Shown here one piece after another: positions 9,911-18,355 of a DNA stretch of 64,000 bases; the stretch's first letter is position 1, and each line of letters opens with the position of its first letter. The position numbers and the translations under genes are program-made. Location: positions 1 to 64,000 of the IMG/VR virus record IMGVR_UViG_3300038463_000730; one strand, 5' to 3'. The notes below the pieces were generated by a model that saw nothing but the letters and a program-made list of their open reading frames with translations, did not search any database and was not told where the DNA came from.

Positions 9911-10112
9911 GTTCCAGTCCTTCCAGTCCTTCCAGCACCGACTCCAGCGGCACGACCGTTTCGTTCTCGCAGCAGTTTTGGCGAGCATGTTTCTCGACCG
10001 TGAAGACCCGAGCCTTCTCCAGCTTGTCGGTATATGAATGTTCCTGGCCCGGTGGAGCGACGTACCGGCCTCGCTTCGTTTCTTTGTAGTCTTTCAGGAG
10101 GATGATGAACAT
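9900..10112 (-). CDS. hypothetical protein
   Basis: MFIILLKDYKETKRG...; GGAG RBS. Confidence 0.6.
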   Translation of the reverse strand: MFIILLKDYKETKRGRYVAPPGQEHSYTDKLEKARVFTVEKHARQNCCENETVVPLESVLEGLEGLERDY

Positions 10113-10114
10113 CG

Positions 10115-10336
10115 TTACTCCTTGCCGCTGTACCAATCCAAGATCGCTTGGAGCGTCTTGGGAGATACCTGAACGATGTTGTTCAAACCCGGCCTTGACG
10201 GGCAACCCTGCTCGATCTGGAGCGCCGGTTCGCCATCGTGCATCGAACCAGGGTCACGGTATGTCACGACCTCCACCCTTGGAGTCAGCTCACCGCCTCC
10301 GGTGATCATGATCTTGTCACCCGTTTTGCGCATCAT
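10115..10336 (-). CDS. hypothetical protein
   Basis: 73 aa ORF. Confidence 0.6.
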   Translation of the reverse strand: MMRKTGDKIMITGGGELTPRVEVVTYRDPGSMHDGEPALQIEQGCPSRPGLNNIVQVSPKTLQAILDWYSGKE

Positions 10337-10500
10337 CAGCTTCTATCCTCCAGTGAGAACCGGACCAGCATCTCTTGGAAGGTCTCGAAGTTGATTACCT
10401 TCGTCTTCACCCACTCGTAGACGATCTGGCGTCCCTTGATTTTGTTCAGCCGATAGTATTCGACTGCCGTGGCGACTCTGGTTAAGTCGAGGGTCATCAT
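10336..10500 (-). CDS. small hypothetical protein
   Basis: MMTLDLTRVATAVEYYRLNK... Confidence 0.5.
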   Translation of the reverse strand: MMTLDLTRVATAVEYYRLNKIKGRQIVYEWVKTKVINFETFQEMLVRFSLEDRS

Positions 10501-10507
10501 CGGACCG

Positions 10508-10720
10508 CTACTTCTCGTCGTTGAGTTTGGAATGCTGAACGAGCTGATGAAACTGCGTGTTGTCGCAGTTGTTTCCGAGGAGACGACGCCAAGCATCGGC
10601 AGCCGAGACAAGGTCACGACCGAACCGACGATAGACCAGCCACGCCATGTCGCAACTATCCTCGTAGGAGAAGCGCTCGCCCTTGGTTGTCGTGATGTCG
10701 ATGTCTTGCGCCATTGTCAT
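10508..10720 (-). CDS. hypothetical protein
   Basis: 70 aa ORF. Confidence 0.6.
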   Translation of the reverse strand: MTMAQDIDITTTKGERFSYEDSCDMAWLVYRRFGRDLVSAADAWRRLLGNNCDNTQFHQLVQHSKLNDEK

Positions 10721-10977
10721 ACCGCTCTCTTCCAGTTACCGTTGCGAACATCATCCGCCATCCCGGAATAGATACCCCGGCGCTCCGTCAGGGTAGCCCG
10801 CTCCTCCTTCGTAATGTTGAGACGAAGGGTTGACAGAAGAGTTGATTCGAGCCCGTCGAGATAGTCAGCAATCTTCTTGACGATCTCGGCCTCGGTCAAC
10901 TCACGAGGTCGGGTCACGAGACTCGGGTTGACTTGCGGAACGCGGAACATCGGTTTGACTCGAACTCGTTTCGGCAT
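10717..10977 (-). CDS. hypothetical protein
   Basis: 86 aa ORF. Confidence 0.6.
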   Translation of the reverse strand: MPKRVRVKPMFRVPQVNPSLVTRPRELTEAEIVKKIADYLDGLESTLLSTLRLNITKEERATLTERRGIYSGMADDVRNGNWKRAV

Positions 10978-11164
10978 CGTTTGCTCCAGATGTTCCTACC
11001 GGACCCGGCCCTGACGGGCAATGCTTCTCGGTGAAGTTGTTTTCCCGGTTTGACTTATCAGTCAGGATATGTAGCTCGTGGTCCGGGTAGAACCGGATGA
11101 TGAACGTGACATCTGCCACGTTGCATACGAACGGATTCCGAACCTCATCGCCCTTCTTACCCAT
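10901..11164 (-). CDS. hypothetical protein
   Basis: 87 aa ORF with GGAGG RBS; overlaps downstream gene. Confidence 0.5.
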   Translation of the reverse strand: MGKKGDEVRNPFVCNVADVTFIIRFYPDHELHILTDKSNRENNFTEKHCPSGPGPVGTSGANDAETSSSQTDVPRSASQPESRDPTS

Positions 11165-11187
11165 GACTGGCCTCCGCTACGACTCCC

Positions 11188-11871
11188 TTATGTTCCGTAC
11201 TCGAAGCAGTGAACGGTTGTCGCGGCGTTCGAGATGATCATCACGTCATCGTTGCGACGGTACAGTGACGAACCGTGGCTCCGATGGAAGTGACCACACA
11301 TGAGGAACTTGGGAAGGTACTCGTTATCGTAGTCGAGCCACGACGAGAGGTGCTGATTGCCAAGCTTCGAGCTAGGACGATTTGGATCCTCCTCGTCGCT
11401 CAGGATGCCGAACGGAGGACAGTGGGCGACCAGGATATCGACCTTGCTCTTCGGTATCTTCGCGACCGCTTCCCTCATCTGCTCGTGATCCAACTCACCA
11501 TTCCAATGACCTTGGATGCGGGGCACGTACGGGAACCCGTAGAATGCAATCCCGCAATACGTAGATAGGAACCCGTCGATGTTGATCGCTTGGATTCCGT
11601 TGGCCTGAAGTATCTCGGCCGTGTTGACGAAGGTATGGTTACCTCCCGATACAACATAGGTCCGGCCATCGAGCCATCGCTTGTAGTCTTCGATGTGCTC
11701 CCGAACCCATATCCGCTGAAACCGTTTCTCCTCTTCCACGTCCGCCGCGACCATGCTGGCCCGCGGTGCGTGATTCGGTAGGTCATCCCCCGAGTCGATG
11801 ACCATGATCGTGCGAGGAGAAAGGTCGGGGAACGAACCATGTCGGTCTGAACAATGATCAATACGAAACAT
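11188..11871 (-). CDS. calcineurin-like metallophosphoesterase
   Basis: Motifs SDRHG, SGDD, GGNH, AHCPP, CGHFH. Confidence 0.85.
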   Translation of the reverse strand: MFRIDHCSDRHGSFPDLSPRTIMVIDSGDDLPNHAPRASMVAADVEEEKRFQRIWVREHIEDYKRWLDGRTYVVSGGNHTFVNTAEILQANGIQAINIDGFLSTYCGIAFYGFPYVPRIQGHWNGELDHEQMREAVAKIPKSKVDILVAHCPPFGILSDEEDPNRPSSKLGNQHLSSWLDYDNEYLPKFLMCGHFHRSHGSSLYRRNDDVMIISNAATTVHCFEYGT

Positions 11872-11894
11872 GGTCGTCTCCTTTCTATTCCGGT

Positions 11895-12443
11895 TCACCC
11901 CGGTCCTTTGTAGACTTGGCTCATCCGCTCCTCCGCACCGAGCCGGAGGAAGTCCAACACCGTGCAACCCTGACCCGTTGCCGGGTTACGGTAGCGTTTT
12001 TCCGTACGAACGTAAAGCTCGCCGAGCCGTTCCCAGCTACCCAGGGCAGGAACGGACGCACTCCCGACGTAGAGCCGCTCAGGCGTCTTCGCCGCTACGA
12101 CCTCCGGTCCGGCTTGGCAACCCGGGAGCCCACGGTCGTTGGGCTCCGCCCCGACCAAAGGTCGCCACAGCTCGGCTCGGTAGAGAGCCCGGTGGTACCA
12201 ACCGGCAGCGTGCCAGAGATACTCCTCCGGCCCGGCCAGTGCGAACGGCGACATGCACGAGGCATAGTCAGAGTCTTTGGAACTGAACCGACCCAGGATC
12301 GAATCCTGGCACCAATAGATGTCGATCGTCCCGTACCCACCGAGGAATACGCAACACCGAGAGTCGTGGAGATGTTGTGAACCGGGGTAGTTCGGGTCAG
12401 GCTTCGCTACTGGATTGGGCTTGAAACTGAGTTGCTTGCTCAT
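11895..12443 (-). CDS. hypothetical protein
   Basis: 182 aa ORF. Confidence 0.6.
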   Translation of the reverse strand: MSKQLSFKPNPVAKPDPNYPGSQHLHDSRCCVFLGGYGTIDIYWCQDSILGRFSSKDSDYASCMSPFALAGPEEYLWHAAGWYHRALYRAELWRPLVGAEPNDRGLPGCQAGPEVVAAKTPERLYVGSASVPALGSWERLGELYVRTEKRYRNPATGQGCTVLDFLRLGAEERMSQVYKGPG

Positions 12444-12640
12444 TCGTCAACTGCCTTCTTGACCGACGTGATTCCCTCGAACGAATCGTCAATGACAAGG
12501 TCATCCCGGGCATCGAACGTCCCGGCCATGACTAGCTCACGGGCCTGCTCTTCCGACAGGAAACGTAGTTGTGTCGAAGGACTTGGCCAGAGGCTCGATC
12601 CCGTCACGCTTGTAGTCCTTGCAGTGCTACCGCTCCGCAA
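12440..12640 (-). CDS. hypothetical protein
   Basis: 66 aa ORF; start uncertain. Confidence 0.45.
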   Translation of the reverse strand: MRSGSTARTTSVTGSSLWPSPSTQLRFLSEEQARELVMAGTFDARDDLVIDDSFEGITSVKKAVDE

Positions 12641-12696
12641 GTCCTACCGGCACAACCACCCCGCATTCTCATACCTGGCCCGCGTTTGACCAGTTA

Positions 12697-12733
12697 GGAT
12701 GCGTTCGAGGTGGGACTCGAATCCCACGCATCC
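12697..12733 (-). ncRNA. degenerate tRNA T-arm-like hairpin
   Basis: Minus strand GGATGC-GTGGG-ATTCGAGT-CCCAC-CTCGAAC-GCATCC. Confidence 0.3.
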
Positions 12734-12788
12734 GGAACTTTCGGCCCGGCATGTCGGGCTACCTTTGAGGCGTTCGCTAGGGCGTTCG

Positions 12789-12980
12789 CTAGTGAACGTC
12801 TCTCGACTCTTCCAATCCCTTGCGATGACCACGGGCAAACCCGATGCTGAACGAACATCCCGAACAGGGACACTCGCAACATTCCTGCGGTTCGTCATCC
12901 GGGTTGCCACGCTCCTTGGCAGATAGATCCATCCGGTTACACCGGCCTCCGTCGCAATGATGCTTGTCTCGGCGTGCCAT
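12789..12980 (-). CDS. small Cys-rich protein
   Basis: 63 aa; HHC...C...CCECPCSGC. Confidence 0.5.
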   Translation of the reverse strand: MARRDKHHCDGGRCNRMDLSAKERGNPDDEPQECCECPCSGCSFSIGFARGHRKGLEESRDVH

Positions 12981-12986
12981 GCTTGC

Positions 12987-13109
12987 TTACTCCTCCTGCT
13001 CGGGCCGGGGCTCGGGTGGCTCCGGCGTCTCGAAGTCGATGATCGAACCGGGAGTGAATGCCCGAAACCATTGCTCGGCCGCTATCTCGATTACTTCGTG
13101 TGTTTGCAT
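12987..13109 (-). CDS. small hypothetical protein (not in ORF track)
   Basis: Hand-translated MQTHEVIEIAAEQWFRAF... Confidence 0.45.
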   Translation of the reverse strand: MQTHEVIEIAAEQWFRAFTPGSIIDFETPEPPEPRPEQEE

Positions 13110-13273
13110 GAGTCACACTGGTCTCCGGGGTTCTGCACCCCGAGATTGTTCTGGCACGTTCGACACTTGCGTCGAATCTCGACGGGAGGAAGTAACTCGT
13201 CCGAAACGAACGGGCGGCACGCAGGTCCGCGCCAAGGTTGGGTACAGGCGTCTTCGCCGCTAGGTTTGTTCAT
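13091..13273 (-). CDS. small Zn-ribbon-like protein
   Basis: CRTC...CDSC. Confidence 0.55.
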   Translation of the reverse strand: MNKPSGEDACTQPWRGPACRPFVSDELLPPVEIRRKCRTCQNNLGVQNPGDQCDSCKHTK

Positions 13274-13282
13274 CGTTTCCTC

Positions 13283-13633
13283 TCAGAACGCGGAGTTCGT
13301 TTCACCCCACGGCGTCTCGTTGTCCGAGCCCGACTCATCCGGCTCATCCGACTCGTTCTCATAGAAGCCGTTGGCAAACCCGACCAACGCACCTTCTACA
13401 ATGGCATGATCGTTCGGTGCCGGGCATTCGTTTCCCGATTCGATATCGAACCAGGTAAACCGGGGCGGACTTTCGACGGTCTTGCCTGGTTCGATATGTG
13501 TGAAGCCGATGTCGTCCAGGTTGCACCAACAGGTTCCCGTCTCCTCCCATGCCGAGAACCCTTCCGACATGATCCCGACGCCACGATCGGCAGGCTCGAC
13601 ACTGAAGACGATTCGTTTCTCCATCGGGCGCAT
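13283..13633 (-). CDS. hypothetical acidic protein
   Basis: 116 aa ORF; GGAGG RBS. Confidence 0.65.
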   Translation of the reverse strand: MRPMEKRIVFSVEPADRGVGIMSEGFSAWEETGTCWCNLDDIGFTHIEPGKTVESPPRFTWFDIESGNECPAPNDHAIVEGALVGFANGFYENESDEPDESGSDNETPWGETNSAF

Positions 13634-13636
13634 TGT

Positions 13637-13792
13637 CTACCTCCCTGATGCTTTGGATTCCGCTGCACCGATAGCGGCACAAGCCGCACATCCGACGCAA
13701 CTTGCAACAGGTAGAACAATGAAGAAAAAGACAACGGCTAACACGATGCCGAGAAATGTTCCTCCCGCACTCTTTACGACTTCGTTGCTCAT
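13637..13792 (-). CDS. small membrane protein (not in ORF track)
   Basis: MSNEVVKSAGGTFLGIVLAVVFFFIVLPVASCVGCAACAAIG; GGAG RBS. Confidence 0.6.
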   Translation of the reverse strand: MSNEVVKSAGGTFLGIVLAVVFFFIVLPVASCVGCAACAAIGAAESKASGR

Positions 13793-13887
13793 AACTTCTC
13801 CTGGTTACGGCTTGCGTTTGTTCTTTTCGTTTGCGGCAGCCATCCCGCAAACCACCAGGATGACGATGAAGATTAGCCAGCCCACCG

Positions 13888-14043
13888 TCAGACCTCCGTG
13901 TATGCAACAGAGATGTTTCGACCAGGGTTGGCCGGGCCGAGCTTCTTCTTCGCTTTGTCTTCCGCCGCGTTCTGACCAGCGGCCCGGACCCACTTGTCAC
14001 GGGGCTGCTCGACACCATCGACGTAGGTAATGTACGTTTTCAT
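13888..14043 (-). CDS. small hypothetical protein
   Basis: MKTYITYVDGVEQPRDKW...; GGAG RBS. Confidence 0.55.
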   Translation of the reverse strand: MKTYITYVDGVEQPRDKWVRAAGQNAAEDKAKKKLGPANPGRNISVAYTEV

Positions 14044-14189
14044 GTTGGTCTCCGGTTCGGATTGTTCTCGATCGCCACGACCACGCCGGTACGCTCGAAG
14101 ATCCGGCTCGCTGCTTTGGTCGCCTCCAGCATCGAGTCGAAGTATCGCCAACGTCGAGCCTTGACGACGTAGGGTTTCTTTGACTTCAT
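14040..14189 (-). CDS. small basic protein (not in ORF track)
   Basis: MKSKKPYVVKARRWRYFDSM...; ATGA overlaps on both sides. Confidence 0.6.
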   Translation of the reverse strand: MKSKKPYVVKARRWRYFDSMLEATKAASRIFERTGVVVAIENNPNRRPT

Positions 14190-14371
14190 CCCGCACCTCC
14201 GGTCTGAACTTTCGCGTTCTTGATACAGAAGCCAGTCTCGTCGCTAGCCTGGTCGATAGCTTCGTCTTCGCTTTCGGCCTCGACCGTCATGGTACTGGGG
14301 AGAGCCACGAGCTGAGTCACACCATCGGTCTCCCGGTCCCACTTGATGTTCGTGATTAGAAACTTGGGCAT
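14186..14371 (-). CDS. hypothetical protein
   Basis: MPKFLITNIKWD...AIDQASDETGFCI. Confidence 0.65.
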   Translation of the reverse strand: MPKFLITNIKWDRETDGVTQLVALPSTMTVEAESEDEAIDQASDETGFCIKNAKVQTGGAG

Positions 14372-14375
14372 AGCC

Positions 14376-14627
14376 TTACCCAGTCCTCTTCAGCGCAATC
14401 TTGGCAACCATCTCACGGCCCTTGTCCGTGATGGTCAAGAGATGGTTCGACTCTTCGATCAACTCGCCCGACTTGGCCAGGCTGATCAACATCTGGTACT
14501 CGTCCAGCGTCATACCTTTGCTGTTGAACGCGGCGTAGAGATACCCGTTCGGGGCTCCTGACTTGCCAGCCTTGGCAACCGTTTCGAGAATGACCGCGAG
14601 ATACTGGTTCGCTTCGTTCCTGGTCAT
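14376..14627 (-). CDS. winged-helix-like small protein
   Basis: 83 aa; ends LLTITDKGREM, a typical wHTH wing ending. Confidence 0.55.
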   Translation of the reverse strand: MTRNEANQYLAVILETVAKAGKSGAPNGYLYAAFNSKGMTLDEYQMLISLAKSGELIEESNHLLTITDKGREMVAKIALKRTG

Positions 14628-14630
14628 GGT

Positions 14631-14780
14631 TCAGCCCTCCTCCGCCTTCAACATGTAGCCCGACAACACCTTGCGGATCTGAGCCAGGTTCGCCTCGGTG
14701 AATCCGATCGTTCCATCCTGCGGAGTATCGTGACGACCGACGTTGTGAGGTTCGTTCGATTCGTTCGGATCATTTGACAT
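14631..14780 (-). CDS. small hypothetical protein
   Basis: MSNDPNESNEPH...; GGAG RBS. Confidence 0.5.
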   Translation of the reverse strand: MSNDPNESNEPHNVGRHDTPQDGTIGFTEANLAQIRKVLSGYMLKAEEG

Positions 14781-14800
14781 GATCGTCTCCGGGAAAAGGA

Positions 14801-14940
14801 AGCCCCTTGTCGGACTCGAACCGACATGATCTAATCCCACCAGAGTGCTCTGGAGCACCGAGGCTCTCGCCTTCGTTGCTTGTAGATTCGATCTCCCCCG
14901 TCTAGCACTCGACGGGTTGCCCGCCAACCGGGCAAGGGGC
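14801..14940 (-). ncRNA. tRNA-like RNA (acceptor stem plus T-arm, non-canonical 116-nt core)
   Basis: GCCCCTT...GTCGG-TTCGAGT-CCGAC-AAGGGGC-T; perfect 7-bp acceptor, no canonical anticodon arm, no CCA. Confidence 0.65.
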
Positions 14941-14949
14941 GTAGCGAAG

Positions 14950-15780
14950 GCGCCTGTATGTAAACTTACTACCACTATGAGAATTAGATGCGTGAGTTGG
15001 GTTCGACCCTAGCGTCTGTCCCAACGATGATCAGTCGTCGGTTCTGCGCCTCACGCAACGGCTTTCGGCCTGTGCATTGCCTGTCGCTCGGTCCCGTTAT
15101 GTTCGTTAGAAAGCCTTGCTTCTAACTATCGGCTACGCTTCTGAGAGGAACACGAAAGTCTACTGATCCGAGCTGGTCTCTGTTGCAACAGAGCCAGTCA
15201 CGTCAGCTAACGAGTGTTCAATCGTCATCGGCACGTGCCTAACCCGTTCGCTACTCGCCTTGCATCTCGGCGCAATGTTGAATCGGGCTGTTTGGTGGGA
15301 CGCAGGATACACTCAGGTTATGTAGGCTTCCCCGGAGCTACCTCTCATCACAATGAGAACTGGGTCGTAGTTGCAAAGGCGGTTCTTCTTTCCAGAGCGC
15401 TGGCCTTGCGGCGTTCTGGTAAAGCTAACCCGAGGCCCTTAGCAACGGGTCACGTCCTACTCACTATTCGGCGTGACCTTCTATAGACCGTTAGTAGCGT
15501 TGTATTACTACGGGGCCGTTGCCGCCTTACCGCGGCGCGGGCATACCCTTGGTCATTGGACACCTCTTTCGCTGCGAAGATGTTTGCCCGTTCACCCGCT
15601 GACCGTCATGGGTTAGTAGGGTCGCACTCTCTCACAAGGTTCGCGCAGACCATCATTGGGTATAAACTTAGTTCGCTGCTACACCATTGGAGCACCTCAC
15701 GTTTGAACCGGAGGATTCTTCGCGTCCTCCGTAGCTTGTACTGCCGAAAGGCACCGTGTCAACGGCGCCGGATCGGTAGA
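14950..15780 (-). ncRNA. candidate large structured ncRNA (~0.8 kb)
   Basis: No credible ORF; GNRA-capped hairpins on minus strand (15060, 15392, 15521); GAAUA/AGUA internal motif at 15448-15478. Confidence 0.6.
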
Positions 15781-15788
15781 GGTTCGTT

Positions 15789-16145
15789 TCACTCTCGTAG
15801 ACCACGCATCACGCCACGAACGAACGGGACAGTAAACGGAGCTGAGAGCAGCAGCCCTCCAAGTACACCCGGGTACATGGCGACGACAATCGCTGCGACG
15901 AATGCAACGATTGAACCAACACACTGAAAGGCAATGTTGCTGGCTTTCTCATTCGGTTGTTTGGTTGGTGGCTTTCGAGGTTGCACCGTAGGTGCTGGCC
16001 TAGGTGCTGGCCTGCTATCGGGAGAGAGCTTAGTCTCCTCGATCAATCTACACGCTTGGAAGGCAGCATTACGCGCTTCATCTTTTGGAGTATTAGGATG
16101 CGCGGCCAGAGCGATTAGCTTCCTTATCTTTTCGGCCTTATCCAT
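15789..16145 (-). CDS. DUF2786-like N-terminal domain protein with C-terminal TM segments
   Basis: MDKAEKIRKLIALAAHPNTPKDEARNAAFQACRLI. Confidence 0.65.
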   Translation of the reverse strand: MDKAEKIRKLIALAAHPNTPKDEARNAAFQACRLIEETKLSPDSRPAPRPAPTVQPRKPPTKQPNEKASNIAFQCVGSIVAFVAAIVVAMYPGVLGGLLLSAPFTVPFVRGVMRGLRE

Positions 16146-16186
16146 GTTTCAGCACACTCCGGGCCTAGGCCGATATATAGATCGGT

Positions 16187-16744
16187 ATGAAAGATTACGA
16201 TACCTGTCCAGGTTGCCGTGGAACGAAACGTAAAGTAGCGAAGCTATGTCGCCCTTGCCGCTACCCAGTCGGTAAAACTAAAGTATGCAAAGGCCCCTGC
16301 GGTCTCGACTTGCCTATTACGGCATTTCGTATCCGAACAAGGAAGACGCCAAAGCCTCGCTCACGTTGTATGGGATGTGAAAGTAAGGCAGAACGCAAGC
16401 GTTACAATGCCAGACCTATTGCAACCCGCAAGGTATCCACTCGCCGATGGGAGAAGAACAACCCAGAGAAGCATAAGGCGCAACTGCTACGCGCTCGGGT
16501 TCGCAAGCTCGGGTTAGCTTCTGATATGGATAGGATCATTGCGTTTGCCGCGCAGTATTCCGCCTGTCCATTGTGCGGCACTACTAAGAGTGACTTGGCT
16601 GGTTCTCGCATGTGCATTGACCACGACCACAAGACCGGCAAGTTTCGTGGTCTTATCTGCGAAGCATGTAACTTTGGCATCGGCCAATGCAAAGATAGCC
16701 CGGCAACATTACGTGCTGCGGCAGACTATCTCGAATCAGCCTAA
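16187..16744 (+). CDS. recombination endonuclease VII-like homing endonuclease
   Basis: CPLC...IDHDHKTGKFRGLICEACNFGIG...D...LRAAADYL; antisense to block. Confidence 0.9.
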   Translation: MKDYDTCPGCRGTKRKVAKLCRPCRYPVGKTKVCKGPCGLDLPITAFRIRTRKTPKPRSRCMGCESKAERKRYNARPIATRKVSTRRWEKNNPEKHKAQLLRARVRKLGLASDMDRIIAFAAQYSACPLCGTTKSDLAGSRMCIDHDHKTGKFRGLICEACNFGIGQCKDSPATLRAAADYLESA

Positions 16745-17199
16745 CGCCCGGCGCATTCTGGACCCAGGCCGATCAAAAGGCTGCTCGGGACGGTCAGAGC
16801 CCGACCACATCTCCCACACCGACCCTCATGCCATACCTCAACCTGAGGAGGCATCCGACCCGACACAAGATAGTTCCAAGCATATAAGAACGCTTGGATA
16901 CTCGGCGCTGTTACGGCGATCCTTGCTTTCCTACTATGACTGTAGGTTTGCCGATCGAAGATCGTTCCGACGAATTCGTATGCCGATTCATTATCAGGTC
17001 CGGTCAGGACCGATACAAAGTGCGGCGTTCGAGATCCAGGTTGTGAGCCGGGCCGGGTATCTTCCTTTTGCCGTAGTCGGTAAGTAAACCGAGTTCCGGT
17101 CTTCTCACTAACCAACGTGACCCGAGCGTTGCCAGCTAGGATGAAGTTGCGAGCCTGTTCGCCTTCCGTGATTCGAGACTCGCTTCCGGGCTTGGCCAT
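16741..17199 (-). CDS. DUF6011-like protein
   Basis: C-terminal WHEGRCGRCGRALTVPSSLLIGLGPECA. Confidence 0.75.
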   Translation of the reverse strand: MAKPGSESRITEGEQARNFILAGNARVTLVSEKTGTRFTYRLRQKEDTRPGSQPGSRTPHFVSVLTGPDNESAYEFVGTIFDRQTYSHSRKARIAVTAPSIQAFLYAWNYLVSGRMPPQVEVWHEGRCGRCGRALTVPSSLLIGLGPECAGR

Positions 17200-17474
17200 G
17201 TTCCGACTTCCTCCAGCGCAGTGAATGTCCGTTGCAAGATATCGAGCCGGTTCAGCATACGGACACGAGCCATACCGGCCCAACCCCACGCGTACCTGTT
17301 CTCCGGGCCAAGCTCGCCGTTCCAAACATCCAGGCAGTATACTAGACCGTAGACCAACATAGCTCGGTCAAACTGATCTCGGGTATGTTCCCCGGCCCAC
17401 CAACATAGCGCGGCTCGACTATCTCGATGCTCGGAGGCTCGGCTGAGCCATTCGATTGATTCGGCATTGATCAT
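17136..17474 (-). CDS. hypothetical protein
   Basis: 112 aa ORF. Confidence 0.55.
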   Translation of the reverse strand: MINAESIEWLSRASEHRDSRAALCWWAGEHTRDQFDRAMLVYGLVYCLDVWNGELGPENRYAWGWAGMARVRMLNRLDILQRTFTALEEVGTWPSPEASLESRKANRLATSS

Positions 17475-17496
17475 GTCGGGCCTCCTGCACTCGCCG

Positions 17497-17856
17497 CTAC
17501 CGAGCTATGTTGACAGGCTTGCCAGAGTCGAGACAAACCAATCGGTAAGATGAGTCCGGGCCACACAATCGCTTGCGAGGAACCTTGAATCGTTCGACAC
17601 CGATCATGAGGGTCGAACCTTGAAGCTGAGCATGCGGGCGTTCGAGCATGACCCACTGAGTATCATCATCGCTTCGGTCTTCGACGACAACGCAATCGGC
17701 GAACGCGGGAGAGATGGCGGTCCCGAACTTCGTTCCGGCATCAGCAGAGCGAACCTGGCCTTGACAGGCAACATAGCTAGACTTGCTGATCTCCCTCAGC
17801 ACGTTGCCAGGTTGAAAGTCGTCTTCCGTCAACTCGCACAACTTCCCATCCGGCAT
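17497..17856 (-). CDS. hypothetical protein
   Basis: 119 aa ORF. Confidence 0.6.
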   Translation of the reverse strand: MPDGKLCELTEDDFQPGNVLREISKSSYVACQGQVRSADAGTKFGTAISPAFADCVVVEDRSDDDTQWVMLERPHAQLQGSTLMIGVERFKVPRKRLCGPDSSYRLVCLDSGKPVNIAR

Positions 17857-17876
17857 GACTATGTTCCTTTCTTGAC

Positions 17877-18314
17877 CTACTTACGGAGCTGGTTGATCTC
17901 GTCCTTCGCGTCGTCGATGACGGTGCCGCCGAACTTCCGAGCGGCGGCGGCTTGCTCGGGCAGCTTATCCCGTTCTTGCTGCGCCGCCTCGCCCGTTTTG
18001 ATCGCCCCTTCGATCACGGCGTCTTTCGCGCTGGTCGCGAGACTCCGCACCTCTGCCGATGCGGCGTCGCAGTAGTGACGGAGACTCGGATGCTCCGTCG
18101 CGTCGATGCGAGAGCACGCCGGAAGCGGGATGACCAGCGTGGGCTGCTCGTTGCTCGGCTCGGGTTGAGCGGTTGACACGGGCTCGTTCGGTCGGGCCGG
18201 TTCTTCCTGGCTCGGAGCAATGCTACTCGGTCCCTTCGGTGCAAACTCGGAAGGGGTGCAGGCCAGACCGGCGACGGATGCGAGCGACACGGCGAGCAAC
18301 ATGATCAGCTTCAT
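17877..18314 (-). CDS. predicted lipoprotein
   Basis: Signal peptide ending in lipobox-like GLAC, then Pro-rich linker. Confidence 0.7.
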   Translation of the reverse strand: MKLIMLLAVSLASVAGLACTPSEFAPKGPSSIAPSQEEPARPNEPVSTAQPEPSNEQPTLVIPLPACSRIDATEHPSLRHYCDAASAEVRSLATSAKDAVIEGAIKTGEAAQQERDKLPEQAAAARKFGGTVIDDAKDEINQLRK

Positions 18315-18355
18315 TGTTCTAGTTCTCCTGGTTTGTTTCGTTCGTATTAGAAGAA

